Shown piece by piece: positions 14,048 through 26,974 of a stretch of 64,000 bases of DNA. Below the pieces are notes generated by a model. That model did not search any database, was not told the origin of the DNA, and saw only the letters and a program-made list of their open reading frames with translations. Numbering within the stretch: position 1 is the stretch's first letter; every line of letters starts with the position of its first letter. The stretch is taken from the NCBI GenBank assembly GCA_030265395.1, contig JARFYF010000063.1:49572043-49636042 (forward strand). The letters are read 5' to 3'. The stretch is from Rhina ancylostomus (taxonomy: Eukaryota). The translations under genes and the position numbers were made by a program.

Positions 14048-14599
14048 CCTGATGGAAAAAAATGTGCAGCAAACAAGAGTGATTTGCATCAAAACATAAC
14101 TCGCAGTGCACAGAGAACTGTCGATTTAAAGGAACATAACAGTTCTGCACAACTATAGGAACCTTTGGTTCTTCCTGAAGTCTGTTTTTATTTCACTTTC
14201 CTCATTGCTATCATTTAAATCATGTGAAACTCCTCACTTTTTGTAGCCATGGACAGGATACAGGAAATGACTTGCTGTCTGGACAGTCAAATCTCATAAT
14301 TCTCACCATGCTCTTGCACAATCTTGCCATTATATTGGTATTATTAAGGAGCATTCTCAGGAACTTAACTTTTTGTTCCATCTTACCTTTCAATACATGC
14401 AGTGAAAAGGTTGCTTTGATGAATACTTTCCACTTAATTATTTTTGAAACATNNNNNNNNNNNNNNNNNNNNNNNNNNNNNNNNNNNNNNNNNNNNNNNN
14501 NNNNNNNNNNNNNNNNNNNNNNNNNNNNNNNNNNNNNNNNNNNNNNNNNNNNAACATCAACGCCTTCCCAGCTTCTTTTATTCCTTTCCTTAACAATCA

Positions 14600-15190
14600 A
14601 CATTTCAGATTTAAAATCCCCAAATTCACTTCATTCTTTGTAATCTGGTGGCAATCTTGTCATCTGTGTCAATGTGTATTGAATGTGTACTCAAAGACTC
14701 AGTATCCAACACCTTTGGCACTGAGATTTCCAAAGATTGACAACCTTCTGAGAGAACCAAATAATGTCCCCTCAAACTAATTTAGGTGACCCCTTATTCT
14801 GAAGCAATGCACCCTGCTGCCAGACTCTCAGAATAAGCAACATCCTCACAGCATCTACTCTGTCAAGTGCCTCAGGATCTAATAGTTCAGTAAGAGGACA
14901 GGGTCAATCTTGCCTTATCCCAGGAATTAATCCAGTGGATTTTTCTGCACTGCCTCCAAGTATACACCACACACATTATTCCACGTGTTGTCTCACCTAA
15001 GTCATGCACAGTTGAAGCACAACTTCCCTCCACTTATGTTCCACCTCATCACAATAAGGGGTTAAAATTCAATACATCTTCCCGGAATCTTGCTGCATTC
15101 TGTTCTTATCTGTTGAAGAGCATGCAGATCTCTCTGTATAACATTCAATAATCTCACACTGTACAACTTAATGTCAAAGTAGGTCACTTC
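14600..15190 (-). mobile_element. Decayed CR1 LINE 3' fragment
   Basis: ttccaaagattgacaacc, ccccttattctga and gcatctactctgtcaag are antisense CR1 3' blocks. Confidence 0.6.
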
Positions 15191-15539
15191 AGATGACTTT
15201 CTGAAAACAACAACTGCACTGGTGTAGGTTTGGAGTTAATTGTAGACCAGACTTGTCGGGGATAGTAGGCTACTGTTCCTAACTGGCATCAATGGATCAG
15301 TGCTCTTTTGAGACGAGAATCTGCTATTTCTTTGTCATTGATTTCAGCTTTCTAATTTCAGCACTTCCTTTATCAAAGTGGAATTCATTTTTTCAGATTC
15401 CCACCAAGGAATCTGAGTTGGTGTCTCCTTGATTTCCATCTCAGGGCTGACAAGATTATTAGTCCATTAACATATTTCCGTACTTGTACACTAAGCAGAA
15501 TGGTCAATATCAAGTGCAGAATAGATTCATTGTGAACCC

Positions 15540-15780
15540 ATGAGCTCTACGGGCAGGAAGGACAAGGGCAGGAAGTGCATGGGAATGCCACCACTTGCGA
15601 GTTCTTCTTCATGTCGTATACCATTCTGGCTAGGTAGTAGTCCTTCATTGCTGGTGTGCCTGAATCCTGGAACTCCCTCCCCAAGAGCACCGAGGTCATG
15701 CCTTCAACAGAAGCATTGCTGCTGTTCAAGAAGATGGCTCATCGCCACTTTAACAAGTGTTATGGACTAGGACAATTAGT
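15540..15780 (+). mobile_element. 3' end of an elasmobranch CR1/L2-group LINE (related copies at about 540-700 minus, 38690-38975 plus, 49220-49505 plus)
   Basis: The copies share gaaggacaagggcag..catgggaa..ccacc, aatcctggaactccc and gttcaagaag..gctca. Exact clade not determined. Confidence 0.6.
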
Positions 15781-15798
15781 AAGTGTCCCTTTTAGATA

Positions 15799-15822
15799 GT
15801 GTGTGTGTGTGTGTGTGTGTGT
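15799..15822. repeat. (GT)n microsatellite
   Basis: Directly visible. Confidence 0.95.
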
Positions 15823-16259
15823 GGCGTGCTTACGTCAACAGAAGATAAAGAACGTCATNNNNNNNNNNNNNNNNNNNNNNNNNNNNNNNNNNNNNNNNNN
15901 NNNNNNNNNNNNNNNNNNNNNNNNNNNNNNNNNNNNNNNNNNNNNNNNNNNNNNNNNNACGTGGAGTTTGGGAATTTGCCACACACACACGACAAGTTTA
16001 GTTAGTTTTTGGGGGTTAATGTTCGGGGTTTAACAATTTTACTTCTAACATTCTAACTTTTTTACTTTTATTTAACTTATTATCATAAGTAGTTATTTAA
16101 AAAGATTTTAACACTTAGACATGTCTCGGTGTGTTTCTTTTGTTGCTGGTTCGGAACACAAGGCAGTTAGAGATGGACAGTAAATGTTGGCTTTGTCATT
16201 GATGGTCCGATTCCAGAAAATGGATGAAAAAGCAATATCAACAGCAAAGAACAATAAAG

Positions 16260-16490
16260 CAAAGTCAGTCAAAGTCGAGTTTATTGTCATATTGCACAAA
16301 TACATGTTTGCACCAGTGCAATAAAAAAACTTACTTGCAGCAGCATCACAGGCACTTGGCATCATATAAGCAGCATTCAGAAGAAAAACATAAAATAAAC
16401 AGAAATTAAACACTTTTTTAACAAGAAAGAACACAATTAGAAAAAAATTGAAGTCCATTTTAGTGTAAAATAGTAGTACAAAAGTGTGAC
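16260..16490 (-). mobile_element. 3' UTR fragment of a Rex1/Babar-type LINE
   Basis: Begins aagtcaaagtcgagtttattgtcat, an antisense tail containing the reverse complement of aataaa. Similar tails occur at about 37876 and 56740. Confidence 0.55.
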
Positions 16491-16719
16491 CTATTATCGT
16501 GCAAAGAAAAATGGTTCAGGTGTTGTTTATCCTTATCTGATCTCTCCATTTAGGTAATAAACAGCCATTTCCAGCTTCAAAATTTAGTTTCTGGCAAGTA
16601 ACAATTTGGAATCTTTCAAAAAGAATTTCAAATAAGCCTTCCATCTGTTTGAATAATAGAAATCAGTCAATCTTTTGCTGTGAATGAAACCAGTATAATC
16701 TGCATCTTTGAACAAATGG

Positions 16720-17290
16720 GGAATATCACCAAGAATACAGGAAACAAGGTCAAGAAACAATTTAATGCATTTCTTGAGAGAATACATTGGGAGATTTGGT
16801 GAAGGGGGAGAAAGGTAAAATTGCTCATCAAAAATGAAGAAACTAGAATGAAGAACTGTGGCAAATATTCCAAAAAACTGGAGCCAGGATTAGGTGCAAT
16901 CTGCTAACTGGATTCAAAATAAAATTGGGAAATTCCAAGTATTAATAACTACACTTCCAAAAGTGGGAGAGAATCAAATTAGGAGACTTAGTTATGTACA
17001 TGATAAGGGGGTGGTCATTTCAAACTGAGTTGTGTAGGAATTTCTCCTCTCAGAGGCTGATGCATCTCTGAAAGTATCTGCACTGGGAGCTGTGGAGGGA
17101 TATATCACTGGAGGTATTTAAAGGGGGATGGGGAGGGTAATTTTTTTGTCAGGTCAGGAAATTGAGGGTTATGGGGACCTGCTACAGGTTGAGACCTTGG
17201 CAGATTGTGGTAGTATTGAATGGTGGGGCAGGCTTGAGGGAACGTGCCCTACCCCTGCTCCTAGTTTTTTGTGTTCTAGTGTGTACAGTA
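16720..17290 (+). mobile_element. Decayed CR1 LINE fragments with 3' tail
   Basis: catttcaaactgag..aggaatttctcctctcagagg and attgaatggtggggcaggcttgaggg..cctacccctgctccta. Confidence 0.65.
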
Positions 17291-19925
17291 CATTTAAAGG
17301 GAGATGAGTGGCAAGAGGAAAAGAAAGAGAGGATGTGACAGAAATGATCGTAAAAGATTCTGTCACGGCTCTTGAACACGAAAGGNNNNNNNAGCTGCAG
17401 TAAGACAGAAATCATAGGACTAGAAAAGAATGGAAAAGGGTGCAATTCTTCCAAGTACTTCCAACTACCAGGCAGTGGGTGTGAGTCAAATGTCTGTGGA
17501 TGTTTAAATAATTGGGAACAGTGAGGTAAACAATATCAATGTAGAAATCAATTAAGATAATCCATTTAGGTACATTTGAAAATATTTGAGGTAGGTGAGA
17601 TGTTTGTTTTTGAAATGCTGTAGAGAGAAAAAGAGACAATGGGCANNNNNNNNNNGCATAGTTCTACAGAACTTAGTGGTCCTACAAGGATTCTACCACA
17701 TCTGGCTCCTAAAATGTGATACTTTAACAAGTCACACTAGGGGCCAACTTAATTTTAGCCATGCAAATATTATCAGTTGCAAATGGAAGTGCAAAGTCAT
17801 CAGGTGAGAGAGCGAGAGAAAGAAGCGATTAGAAATGACAAAATACTGCAGGTGCTGAAGACCTGAAATGAGATCCTGGAAACACTCTGAATCAGACATA
17901 ACTTATAGAGAAGAGACAAAAGAAAAGTCTTACCTCACTTGTATGGAAAGTTAAACATTCTGAATTTACTCTGGGAGTGTTCTTGGGCACCACATCACAA
18001 CTTGCATTGATCAAGTGCCTTTGATGTAATACACTCCATACTGCTGTTTGTATGTTGGAAAGCTAAATTCAGTTACAGACTGGAAAAAAAACCCTTTCTC
18101 TTGACATAAAAATCAAAGTTCCTACCATTCTTATAACTTCAGTCTAGTTTTGTGAATATTCAGTAACTTCAAACCAGATGGGAAAAGATTTCCCTGGTGC
18201 AACTGTGTGTGACCAGGAATTAAGTTGAGCTGTCACTGAACCTTGCTGCTGCCCACTGGCTGTGGCATCCTGACAGGGAATAGTCTACTCACAAATGAAG
18301 TTATTCCAGTGAATGCTTGTTTCCTGGAAGGATTAGTGAATGTCCATTGTCTCAAGCTGATATAGTATACAGGTAGCACCACTCATGCAGTTCATCTGCA
18401 TTTCCTCTGCACTCCTCAAATCTTCTGAGTCTTTATCCCTTTATGTTGTAAATTCCCTAAAATAGAGATCATCCTGCAAATTGCTTGAAATTTCTCTTGC
18501 ATCGAAATGGACAAGGATCCTAAAACATAATGAGAGTAAAGGAACAATGCAAGGGGTAAAAGAAATATTAAGGTGCAAGTGTGACAGAAAAATGAGTGAA
18601 AGAAGAAGAGGAAAAGAAAGTGGGAGAGAAAAGGCACGCACCATGCATAGACGCACATGCTTGGTGTTCTGATCCTGTCTCTCTGGTTGTATGATTGTTA
18701 CAGAGTAAAAGAGCATCTTTGATGCAAATGGGGGAAGAAAGAGTTTGGGAGAGGAGGGCTGATCTGAGAGGTTTAAAGAATCTTGCAATCAAAAAACAAG
18801 GAAGATTCAAATCATTATTCTTCAAAGACTCATGTTGACAGATGGGTGTTGCAAACCAACTGCAAAACTGCCAGGCAGCACTGGGAAGCTCTACTTGCTG
18901 TTGATTTTCCAGGCCACTGTGTTTTGAAAGTCTCAGCAGTTTCACACTAGGCTTCTAAGTGGTTTCATCAGAGCAAAGCACTGGGAATCTGATATTAGCA
19001 GCCCAATATGAAACTTCCTGTGTAGAGAGAAAGGGACATGGGAAGACAGCATGCGTGAGGATAGTAGAAATTTAGACATCCAGGAGAAGAAATAGTTGCA
19101 AAGGTTTCATAAATGAAAAGTGAGTGAAGAGTCATAGCAAACAGCAAGGAATGGGAAATGTAAAAATGAGCAACATAGAGCAATGTTGATTGGGGGGGGG
19201 GGAGAAAGGTTACTGGACAACTAAAGGAAGCAAGTTGCATTTTAAAAGAAAAATGAACTGTCCACAGGAAGATAGCAATTTTGAATAAAATCCTGCTGCA
19301 AATAAATGCAAAAACTAAATGCACAATTTCATCTGTTCAGCTTAAAGTGGCAGGTTTGAGAGAATGTCAGAACTATCTGCGATGTGGGGTGGAATAGAAA
19401 TGGCTGATCCAGACCTCCTGAAGGTTGCAGTGTGGAGATCGCTTGCACATCATTTTAATAAAGGTTACAGTTTGGTCTTGTATGGGTTTGTTAAATTCAG
19501 ATATTATAATGCAGAACATTTCCAATATTGTTGTTCTTTTGGTAAAGTGACACAATTTGTGTTGTACAAATATCCTCAGATTTATTCTCTTTTAATGTTT
19601 CTTTTTCCTGTGTTATGGTTTTAGACTTCCCTTATTTAATTTCTTTTTTTGCAATTTTGTCAATTTCCAGCAAAATTGCAGACTTCTCCTGAATTATGTT
19701 TCCTTTGACCTCCAGTGTCTTAGCATAATGAGTGTTCTCAGTTTTCCATTTGTGATACTGCTGGGAATGTGGCGAGATGGTTATGCAACTCTTCAACATT
19801 GCACATTGGATAGCAATAACGGATCACTTCCTCTGTTCCTAATGTGTAACAATAGAAATTTTATTCAATTTTCTGGTCCCGACTAACATAGTTAATAGAG
19901 AAAAGCTTCACCCAGTACAAAGGAG

Positions 19926-19930
<5 letters not shown>

Positions 19931-19956
<26 letters not shown>
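19931..19956. repeat. (CT)n microsatellite
   Basis: Directly visible. Confidence 0.95.
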
Positions 19957-19994
19957 GCACCCTATCTTTTATGCTTTCCTTTCCTCCCCCTTTT

Positions 19995-20090
19995 CTTTTT
20001 CTCCACAGATGCTGCATAACCATTTGAGTTCCTCCAGCAGTTTGTTTTTTAATCCAGATTCCAGCATCTGCAGTCTCTTGTGTCTCCAAA
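19995..20090. mobile_element. Penelope-like terminal-repeat fragment
   Basis: cacagatgctgc..gagttcctccagcag..ccagattccagcatctgcagtctcttgtgtctcc, the same family as 37700-37870 and 57082-57288. The Penelope assignment is from recall. Confidence 0.6.
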
Positions 20091-22152
20091 CTTTTTATTT
20101 GCTTTACCATCCTGGGTTGACATCAGCAAATATAATCATAGTCTGCCTTCCTAAGGCAGGCAAAGGACAGTGCAGTTACAAATAAATTCAGAGGGGGTTC
20201 ATTTAAATTTGCTGATTATGGCAAATCCTGGTTGTAAAATTCTGTTATTAGTTGTGCAGGTTTGACCTTGGTTAACAGTTTCATGTTATTCCATGAAAAC
20301 CAATAAACCATATATTTTACAGCAGTGAAGTGCAACATTTTTGGCACAACATCATGGGCCGAAGGGTCCGTACTATGCTATACTGTTCCAAGAAGCATTA
20401 GTCTTGTTGGACTTTCACTCTGGTGTAAATTTTGTGTCGCTTTGGGACATTTCTACAGTTCCATTCATCATCTTCATATATGAGCACTAACCTATTTGTG
20501 ACCTCAGCCACTCGTATACTGCTGTAGCCCCATCACTTGTCCTGACCAGCAATGACCTCCTGAGCTCACTGACCTGCACATCCTCCCTGCCTGCCAACAC
20601 TTTCAGTTTAAAATTCTCATGTTGATCTTCAAATCCATCCTCTGCTTCACCCAAGAGCCTGGTTTCCTGGCCCAAGCCTGATGAGACCTTCCTAATATCT
20701 GTTGGATTCGGATCAGGTGCGCTTTGAAGGAGAATTTTAAGTCCAGGGCTCAGGTCAGATTGGGTCAGCTTTTATAAATAACTAATTTTCCAGTGTTGAA
20801 TTTCGTTGGTGGGTGGAGATGTATGTGCTAAATGCAGGGTGCCCTGGTGAGCTGAGGAGGAGTGCCCAGGGACAGAAGCCAGAAGGCAGCCCTGAACCAG
20901 AGGACAGGTTAGGGGAATGGCTGGCTGCAAAGCCCACTCAACAGTGCTGAAATAGTGAAGGCCAGAATCGAACCTGCAGCTGTTCCCTCAAGCAGGCTTC
21001 CCCAACTCCAGTCTGACAGGATCTGACTCTCAGGTTCAGGTTTGGTATCAGGAAAAAAAAATCATAAATTCTCTGACTCAACTGGTCCTGGTGCTTGACT
21101 GTGATAAAACCACTTGAAAGCCCAGTGTGAAACTACTGAGACTTTTGAGACTAATTTAGGTGGAGAAGTTCGGAGAACACAGTAAAGACAATCGAAGGTT
21201 CTGCCGGTTCTGCATGGATATCTATCGTGCATAAAATGCCAACCTGCAAAGATAATAGAAGCAAGAATAGGCATTCTGCCCCTAATGCCTGCTTCAGGTG
21301 CAGACTCGATGTGGCTCTATAGAAGTACCCGGTTGCCAAGTTATTACAAGCAATTTGTTATATGGGGATATGCTATAGTAGTGTTAAAGTAGATGTACAA
21401 ACTAGCTACTATCTTTCTTCCTTCCTTCCTTTCTTTTACTGCTATTATTCCTGCTTGGTCCACTGATCAATATTTCCAGTTGCCACTCTTGGAAAGCTAC
21501 CTCAAGTGTGTATTTGCTAAGCATCCTACTTCATTGATGATTATTATTAAAGTGTATTAAACCCATGGCTGGGCTACTCTTCCAACTCAGGGTTTGGATG
21601 ACATGTTCAGAAAATGTAATGGGGGAGAAACAGCAGCAGAACATTGATCTGCTAATATACAGACTCAATAATGAAACAGCCACATGCAGTTTGGTTACCC
21701 ATAAAACTTAAATAATATGATTAGAATTAATTGAAAAGAAAGAAAACTTACAAATGAATAGAAGTAGCTCACATAAATCAGTAGGAGGATTTGTCAAAGT
21801 TTCATTTTTCCAATATATTTGAATGATGTGAACTGACCAAATAACCATTCATGAATTGAAGCACTATCGATTTTTTTTATATACACTGGATGATATTTTG
21901 AAATTAAATAAAGTCACTGTATTGATTAAACCCAAGGAAAAATCAAAATCTATTTCCGTAAATGGTGTCAGATTAGGCAATTTTACATCTTACAAATGAG
22001 AGATGGAAATGAATGTAGAGAGGGTAGGAGATCTGTGTCTATCCTGAATGCCCTGTTGTTTTTCCATCAGAAGTGGTATGGAGCTGTTTAAATTTGACTC
22101 TACCAGCTCATCAAATGTGAAAAATGCTGAATTCTTTTTTCATATGTACAAG

Positions 22153-22209
22153 AACGAGCAGGTATGCATTAGAAGTGGACAACTGAAAAATATGCCAAAG
22201 CAGGTTTTG
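22153..22209 (+). CDS. DENND1B: DENND1B probable cassette exon, 57 nt: NEQVCIRSGQLKNMPKQVL
   Basis: Pyrimidine tract and acaAG acceptor, consensus GTgagt donor, phase 0-0, no stop. It sits where human DENND1B has NQEIFIACEQVLKDQPALVP, and N, I, Q, LK, P and V align with one gap. Confidence 0.75.
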
Positions 22210-24699
22210 GTGAGTTTAAAGCTTGAGAGTTATCCTTAAAATAATCTACCAAATTAAATGTCAATCAGTGTTTGGGCAAAAATTTATTAATTTACAACAA
22301 ATAACTTGGCCTGCCTTGTAGAAAATTTCAGTGCATGTCTGGTAATGGGGGCTTGATCAATAGTAGTACTTTAGTAAAACTGTCAACATATCCTTAATTC
22401 AAATGTGATTGCTCATCAGAAAATATTGGACTAAGGAAACTATGTTCTCACTACATCTTTGTCCCTATTTTTGGATGTTCTTTGATTAATGCTACCAATT
22501 GGAAATCCTCCTGCAGCTTTATTTTAAATTGTTGTTGTTTCTTTGGTTGGACAACTGGAAATTTGTTATGAAACACCAACTCTAATCAAGCATTTGGTAT
22601 CAAGCAAAAATTTTAAAGAAATATTGTCAATCTGTTTATTGCATGTTATTGAATTGACCATTTCCCCAACTTAAAAAAGCTCAGAAGGATGCCCTTTTGG
22701 TAGACTGACTAACAAAAGAATTGCTGTCATTCTCAATATTCATAGCTTTGGCACTGGGTTTACTTGATTTATAATCATTAATGAGTTTTTTCAGTGATGA
22801 TCAGCTTCATTGCACTCTTCCATTCTACCGCTTTCTCAGTTGTAATTGAAAACAGAGTTGAAATAATTGGTGTTCGTTATTCTTACAGATGCATGAATTA
22901 AGGGACTTCAATAAATAACTGTATTACCTACCAGCCGTAGTGCTGACACTAGCTCTGATCTTGTACGTGAAAGTTTAAATGTGAAATGCAGAGCTAGAGC
23001 AGGAGTATCTGTGATTAAGTTTGAATGGAAGCTGAGAGAGTGGAAAGTCATTGAGTATGGAAGTAGCTACTGAAATTCCGTTCCATCAAAGCTAAGGCAG
23101 ATTCCAGAAGACAAGTATGGTCCTAACTTAAATGTGCACTTTTTTTGCAAATAACCTGAGGGTAAATTTCTACCCCTAGGTGTATTGTTTGTCAGGGTAA
23201 GCCACCAGCAACTTTGTCTAAGATCTGAAGTTGGTGCAAAAATGGCAACAATCTATTTCAAATTAATATAGCAAAGCTTCTAAAAGAAGCCTGTTGCGAG
23301 AAGGTCAGAGTTGTGAATAAATTGGTGCATTGATCTTGTGAATCATTTGCCTCAAGATGTGCAAATTGTAAAAGTTGTTTACATCAACCAATAGCAGATC
23401 TTGGGTTACATTAATGAATGGAAGATGCTGTGGGAAATTCAATTCTCAATCTTTTAATTTTGGTGCATGTGATTATGACACTTAGTAGAGCTGATTTGTG
23501 TGATTCACATACTTGAGAGTTTCATGGCTTTGTTGATGGTAAGTGTACCATAGTGTTGTACATAGCAAAATGTAAGTAAATTTGACCCATAAACCCAAGC
23601 TATTCAACATCCAAAGTGATGTTCTTACTGCTTATGTGATAATTATCAACTTCCTGCATGCAATCACCCTATTTTTGTTCAGTAAACCAAATTTAGAGTT
23701 GTAGGATTTGCAGTATTTTGCGATATAATACAAAATGCTGGAAATACTCAGTGCTCAGCAACATCTGTTGGGAAAGACAACTTACGTATGATACTGCTTC
23801 ACCTGTTGAGCATTTCCGATACTTCCTGATCTATTTTTAAAGGTGCTTGTGCTTTGCTCTAGTTCTTCTAAATAAATCTGGCAGGAATAATTATTTAACT
23901 TAATTTTTTTTCAGATAATTCTGGCTTTTATTCATCTGCAGTCAGCTTTTCGTTGATCTGCAGTTAACACGCCTTGAAACCAGGAGAGTGGCATAGCCAA
24001 GATTTCAGTTGCAGGAGTTAGTCAAGTGCACACTGCTCAGTCCTTGGAGGACACTACACTGGGACTGCATTTGTTGCTGAGGTCACCACTTATTGCACCT
24101 TCGTGCACTCTTACAAATTTTCACTAAAATATTTCAAGAAATTGAAAATTTAAGCTAATGGTAGTTATTTAGCATTTTTTCCCCATGTTAATTGAAAAAG
24201 TATGCCAGCATCGATACAGTGGTGTGAATCACATCTTGGCCCAAAAGCAAATCATGTATTGAAAATTTAGCCGACAAGCTATTTTCTTTCTATTATCCAA
24301 CTTTGGTGTCAGATTTAGGTTTAGGTTGACCACCTATTTGCTTTTTTGGTCAATCCAAAGAAGTCCTGTCCTAGACTACTGCAGTTTAACTGCAGGCAGC
24401 ATTATCCCATAGTCCCCACCACCCCAAAGGCCTGACAGATATTTTGCTCTGGTGGCTGGCTGAAGAACACAGCGGTGGAAGGGAGTATAGTCCTGGAGGT
24501 ATAACAGAGGGTTTGCTTTAAACCATCGTTCCCTGTTTGGAGGTAGTGTGAGATTAAATTCTACGGGATGTAAGGGAATGGTGGAGGGGACAGAGATAAC
24601 AGGTGGGATTCTGAAAGGTACATTCATTGAGGAAGGAGTGAGGTTAGATTGGGCAGGTTCACAATTAAACTGAAAAAGCCTCTGTTTTGGTAAGCTCCC

Positions 24700-25690
24700 A
24701 CCCTCCATTATTTTTCAACCAGTCTGCAGTCTTCAACTCATTCTCCTTCACCCTCATCCAGTAAGCTGAACCTGCTCTTGTTTGTTCTTTGTTTAATCAT
24801 GATGAGAGACTCACCTGCAGTGATTCATTTTGCTGCTCCCTCACTGTCATTTCTGGAGATCCCTAAAGGTTCAACCTTGACCCCCTTGTATTTGAGGAAA
24901 TATCAGCTGCTGTACTCCCCAAGACCAAATGTGGATCACTCCCAGGTCTCAGATTTGTCATTATACTTACCTAATTAAGGGAAGACCGAAGCATTGCCTT
25001 AGATCTCACACTCACAGAGCTGACTTGTCATCTTCATTTATGCTCCATCACTAAAGCTACTTGCTTCCAACTTGTACTGTTGCCTGCTTTCACCCTCTAC
25101 TTTAGCTTAGCAGCTGTTGGAACACTCCTCCATACTTCTCCAGACCTATTCCACTACTCCCTCAGCCAGCTCCCCAGCATCTACCCTACAGAAACTACTG
25201 CTCATCCAACATTCTGATTTGCTCCAAATTTCATTCAATCAAAATGAGCGCTTGCTGACCTACTCTGACTCCTACTCCAATAAGACCTCTGTTTTAAACT
25301 CTTCATCCTCATACAAATCCCTCCATGACCTCAACTTTTCCATCCCAAAGTTCTCTGCAACAACCAGTCCTCTAAGTCTTGTTGAACTCTGGGCCCTCCA
25401 GTTCTGACATCTTGATTTTAATTGCTCCACCATATTGTACCCAGTGTTTTCAGTAACCTCTGGAATTCCCTCTGAAAATTCTCTGCCTTTCTCCTACTCT
25501 TTCCTCCTTTACAATGCACTTTAGAACCTCCAATTTAATCCATCCTAGTATCTCTCCCTCTGGCTTGGCATAAACTTTTGTTTATGGTTCATTTGATTAA
25601 ACCTCTGCTATGTACTTTGGGAAGTTCTGCTATGTACTTTGGGAAGTTTTGTTGTTTTGGTGATGTTAAGTTAAAACAAATTGTCACAGA
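24700..25690 (+). mobile_element. Decayed L2 LINE 3' region, with a perfect 22-bp tandem duplication at 25604-25647
   Basis: Pyrimidine-rich L2-like blocks (caaatccctccatgacctc, ctctggaattccct). The unit tctgctatgtactttgggaagt occurs twice. Confidence 0.55.
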
Positions 25691-25808
25691 TAAGAGAAAA
25701 AGTTTTGTTAAGTGATGCGTATTTGGAGTCAGTTTCATATTTTCTTCCCTTGATTTCCTTAGGCTTAGGTGCAGTTTGAGTAATAGTTTTATCTTTTTCT
25801 TCATGTAG

Positions 25809-25862
25809 CATTCATACTTCATCACCCCTGATACAAGTGGACTGCCTACAATACCTGAAAGT
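25809..25862 (+). CDS. DENND1B: DENND1B internal exon, 54 nt: HSYFITPDTSGLPTIPES
   Basis: Acceptor tttttcttcatgtAG, donor GTaagt. Matches the recalled HSYFIAPDVTGLPTIPES of DENND1B. Confidence 0.95.
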
Positions 25863-26644
25863 GTAAGTACTATAAATACAAGAGCAAGGTTTACTTCTCT
25901 GCTTTCACATTTTGTGGCAGGGTGTCCTGGTTACTTTTCACAACAGCTCTTAATGTAAAAACNNNNNNNNNNTTGCCACACGTTTATCTATCTTTTGGGC
26001 ATATTGTCTGAAATATAACAAACCTAAAATGGTTTGTAAAATGTTTTCATGTGCTTCTAAAGCAAAATTAATCAAACTTTACAAATGCTAAATTGAATTT
26101 AATAAGGTTCTCTATTCAAGTAGGTAGCTTGTTGGATATGGTTTGAATTTAATAACTTTTTGTTCACCATGCGTGCATGTTACATTAGATTTGATCTAAT
26201 TGAATCATGAGGGATGGAAAAAACTAGTCATGTGGAAAGTCAGAGGAATGTGCAGTTTGGCCTCATTAGGAGTTTAATGCAGTTGGATAAGAGTTTTGAC
26301 TTAATCTAAGACTGAAGCATGTATGCAGCAAGTAAGCCAGATTGGGCTCTAAGAAGATGTTAGTTCATTGTGAGTTCTTGATTAATCTACAAATAAAAAC
26401 CATTCAATTTAGCTGAAATGGTAAGGGATAAAGTCACCTGCTAAAACTGCAGTCTTGATTCAATTAGAGAGTGCAGAAGATTTGCTGATAGTGTTGGAAT
26501 TCTACCCTGGTTTCAGTCTCTGCCATCAGAATGAAACCAGGAGGAATGATTTTGTGGCTTTCACAAAGGCATGTATGATAGATGCCCCCAAATGCAACTT
26601 TTTCCAATAACCATAACATCTAATGGCTAGCCATCTAAAAGTTG

Positions 26645-26965
26645 TTCACCAGAGGTGGATATCACTGGCAAGGCTAGCATTTATTTTCCATCCCTAACTG
26701 CTCCTAAACTGGCCTGCTGAGCTATATCTTAGGGAAGTTAAGAGTCATCAAATGGTGGGTTTGGAGTTACAAAAAGGCCAGACCTGCTGAAGATGCAAGA
26801 TATTCTTCCCTGACAGGCATTTGGGAATCTGAAGGGTTTTTGATGACAATCCAGTAGTTTCACCATTTCTGATATTAGCTGGTTATTGTTTCAGATTTTT
26901 TTTTCCCACATTGAGATGCGGTTTCATGTTCCAGTCAATGGTGCAGACCTCTGGCTATTGTAGCT
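26645..26965 (-). mobile_element. tRNA-derived SINE, same family as 44335-44690
   Basis: gtggatatcactggcaaggctagcatttatt..ccatccctaa and gttaagagtca are reverse complements of the 44335 element. Confidence 0.7.
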
Positions 26966-26974
26966 TTATTATAA

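Noticed and set aside
18416-18945. Cluster of overlapping minus-strand ORFs
   Set aside because: Low-complexity F/L/S-rich translations of a purine-rich tract, with no domain or splice support.
19671-19730. Alternative 60-nt candidate for the cassette exon (QNCRLLLNYVSFDLQCLSIM)
   Set aside because: Good acceptor but no GT at the expected end and no similarity to the human insert. 22153-22209 fits far better.
20700-21060. Possible hAT-derived MITE relic, with similar sequence near 33780-33890
   Set aside because: I could not define terminal inverted repeats or a target-site duplication.
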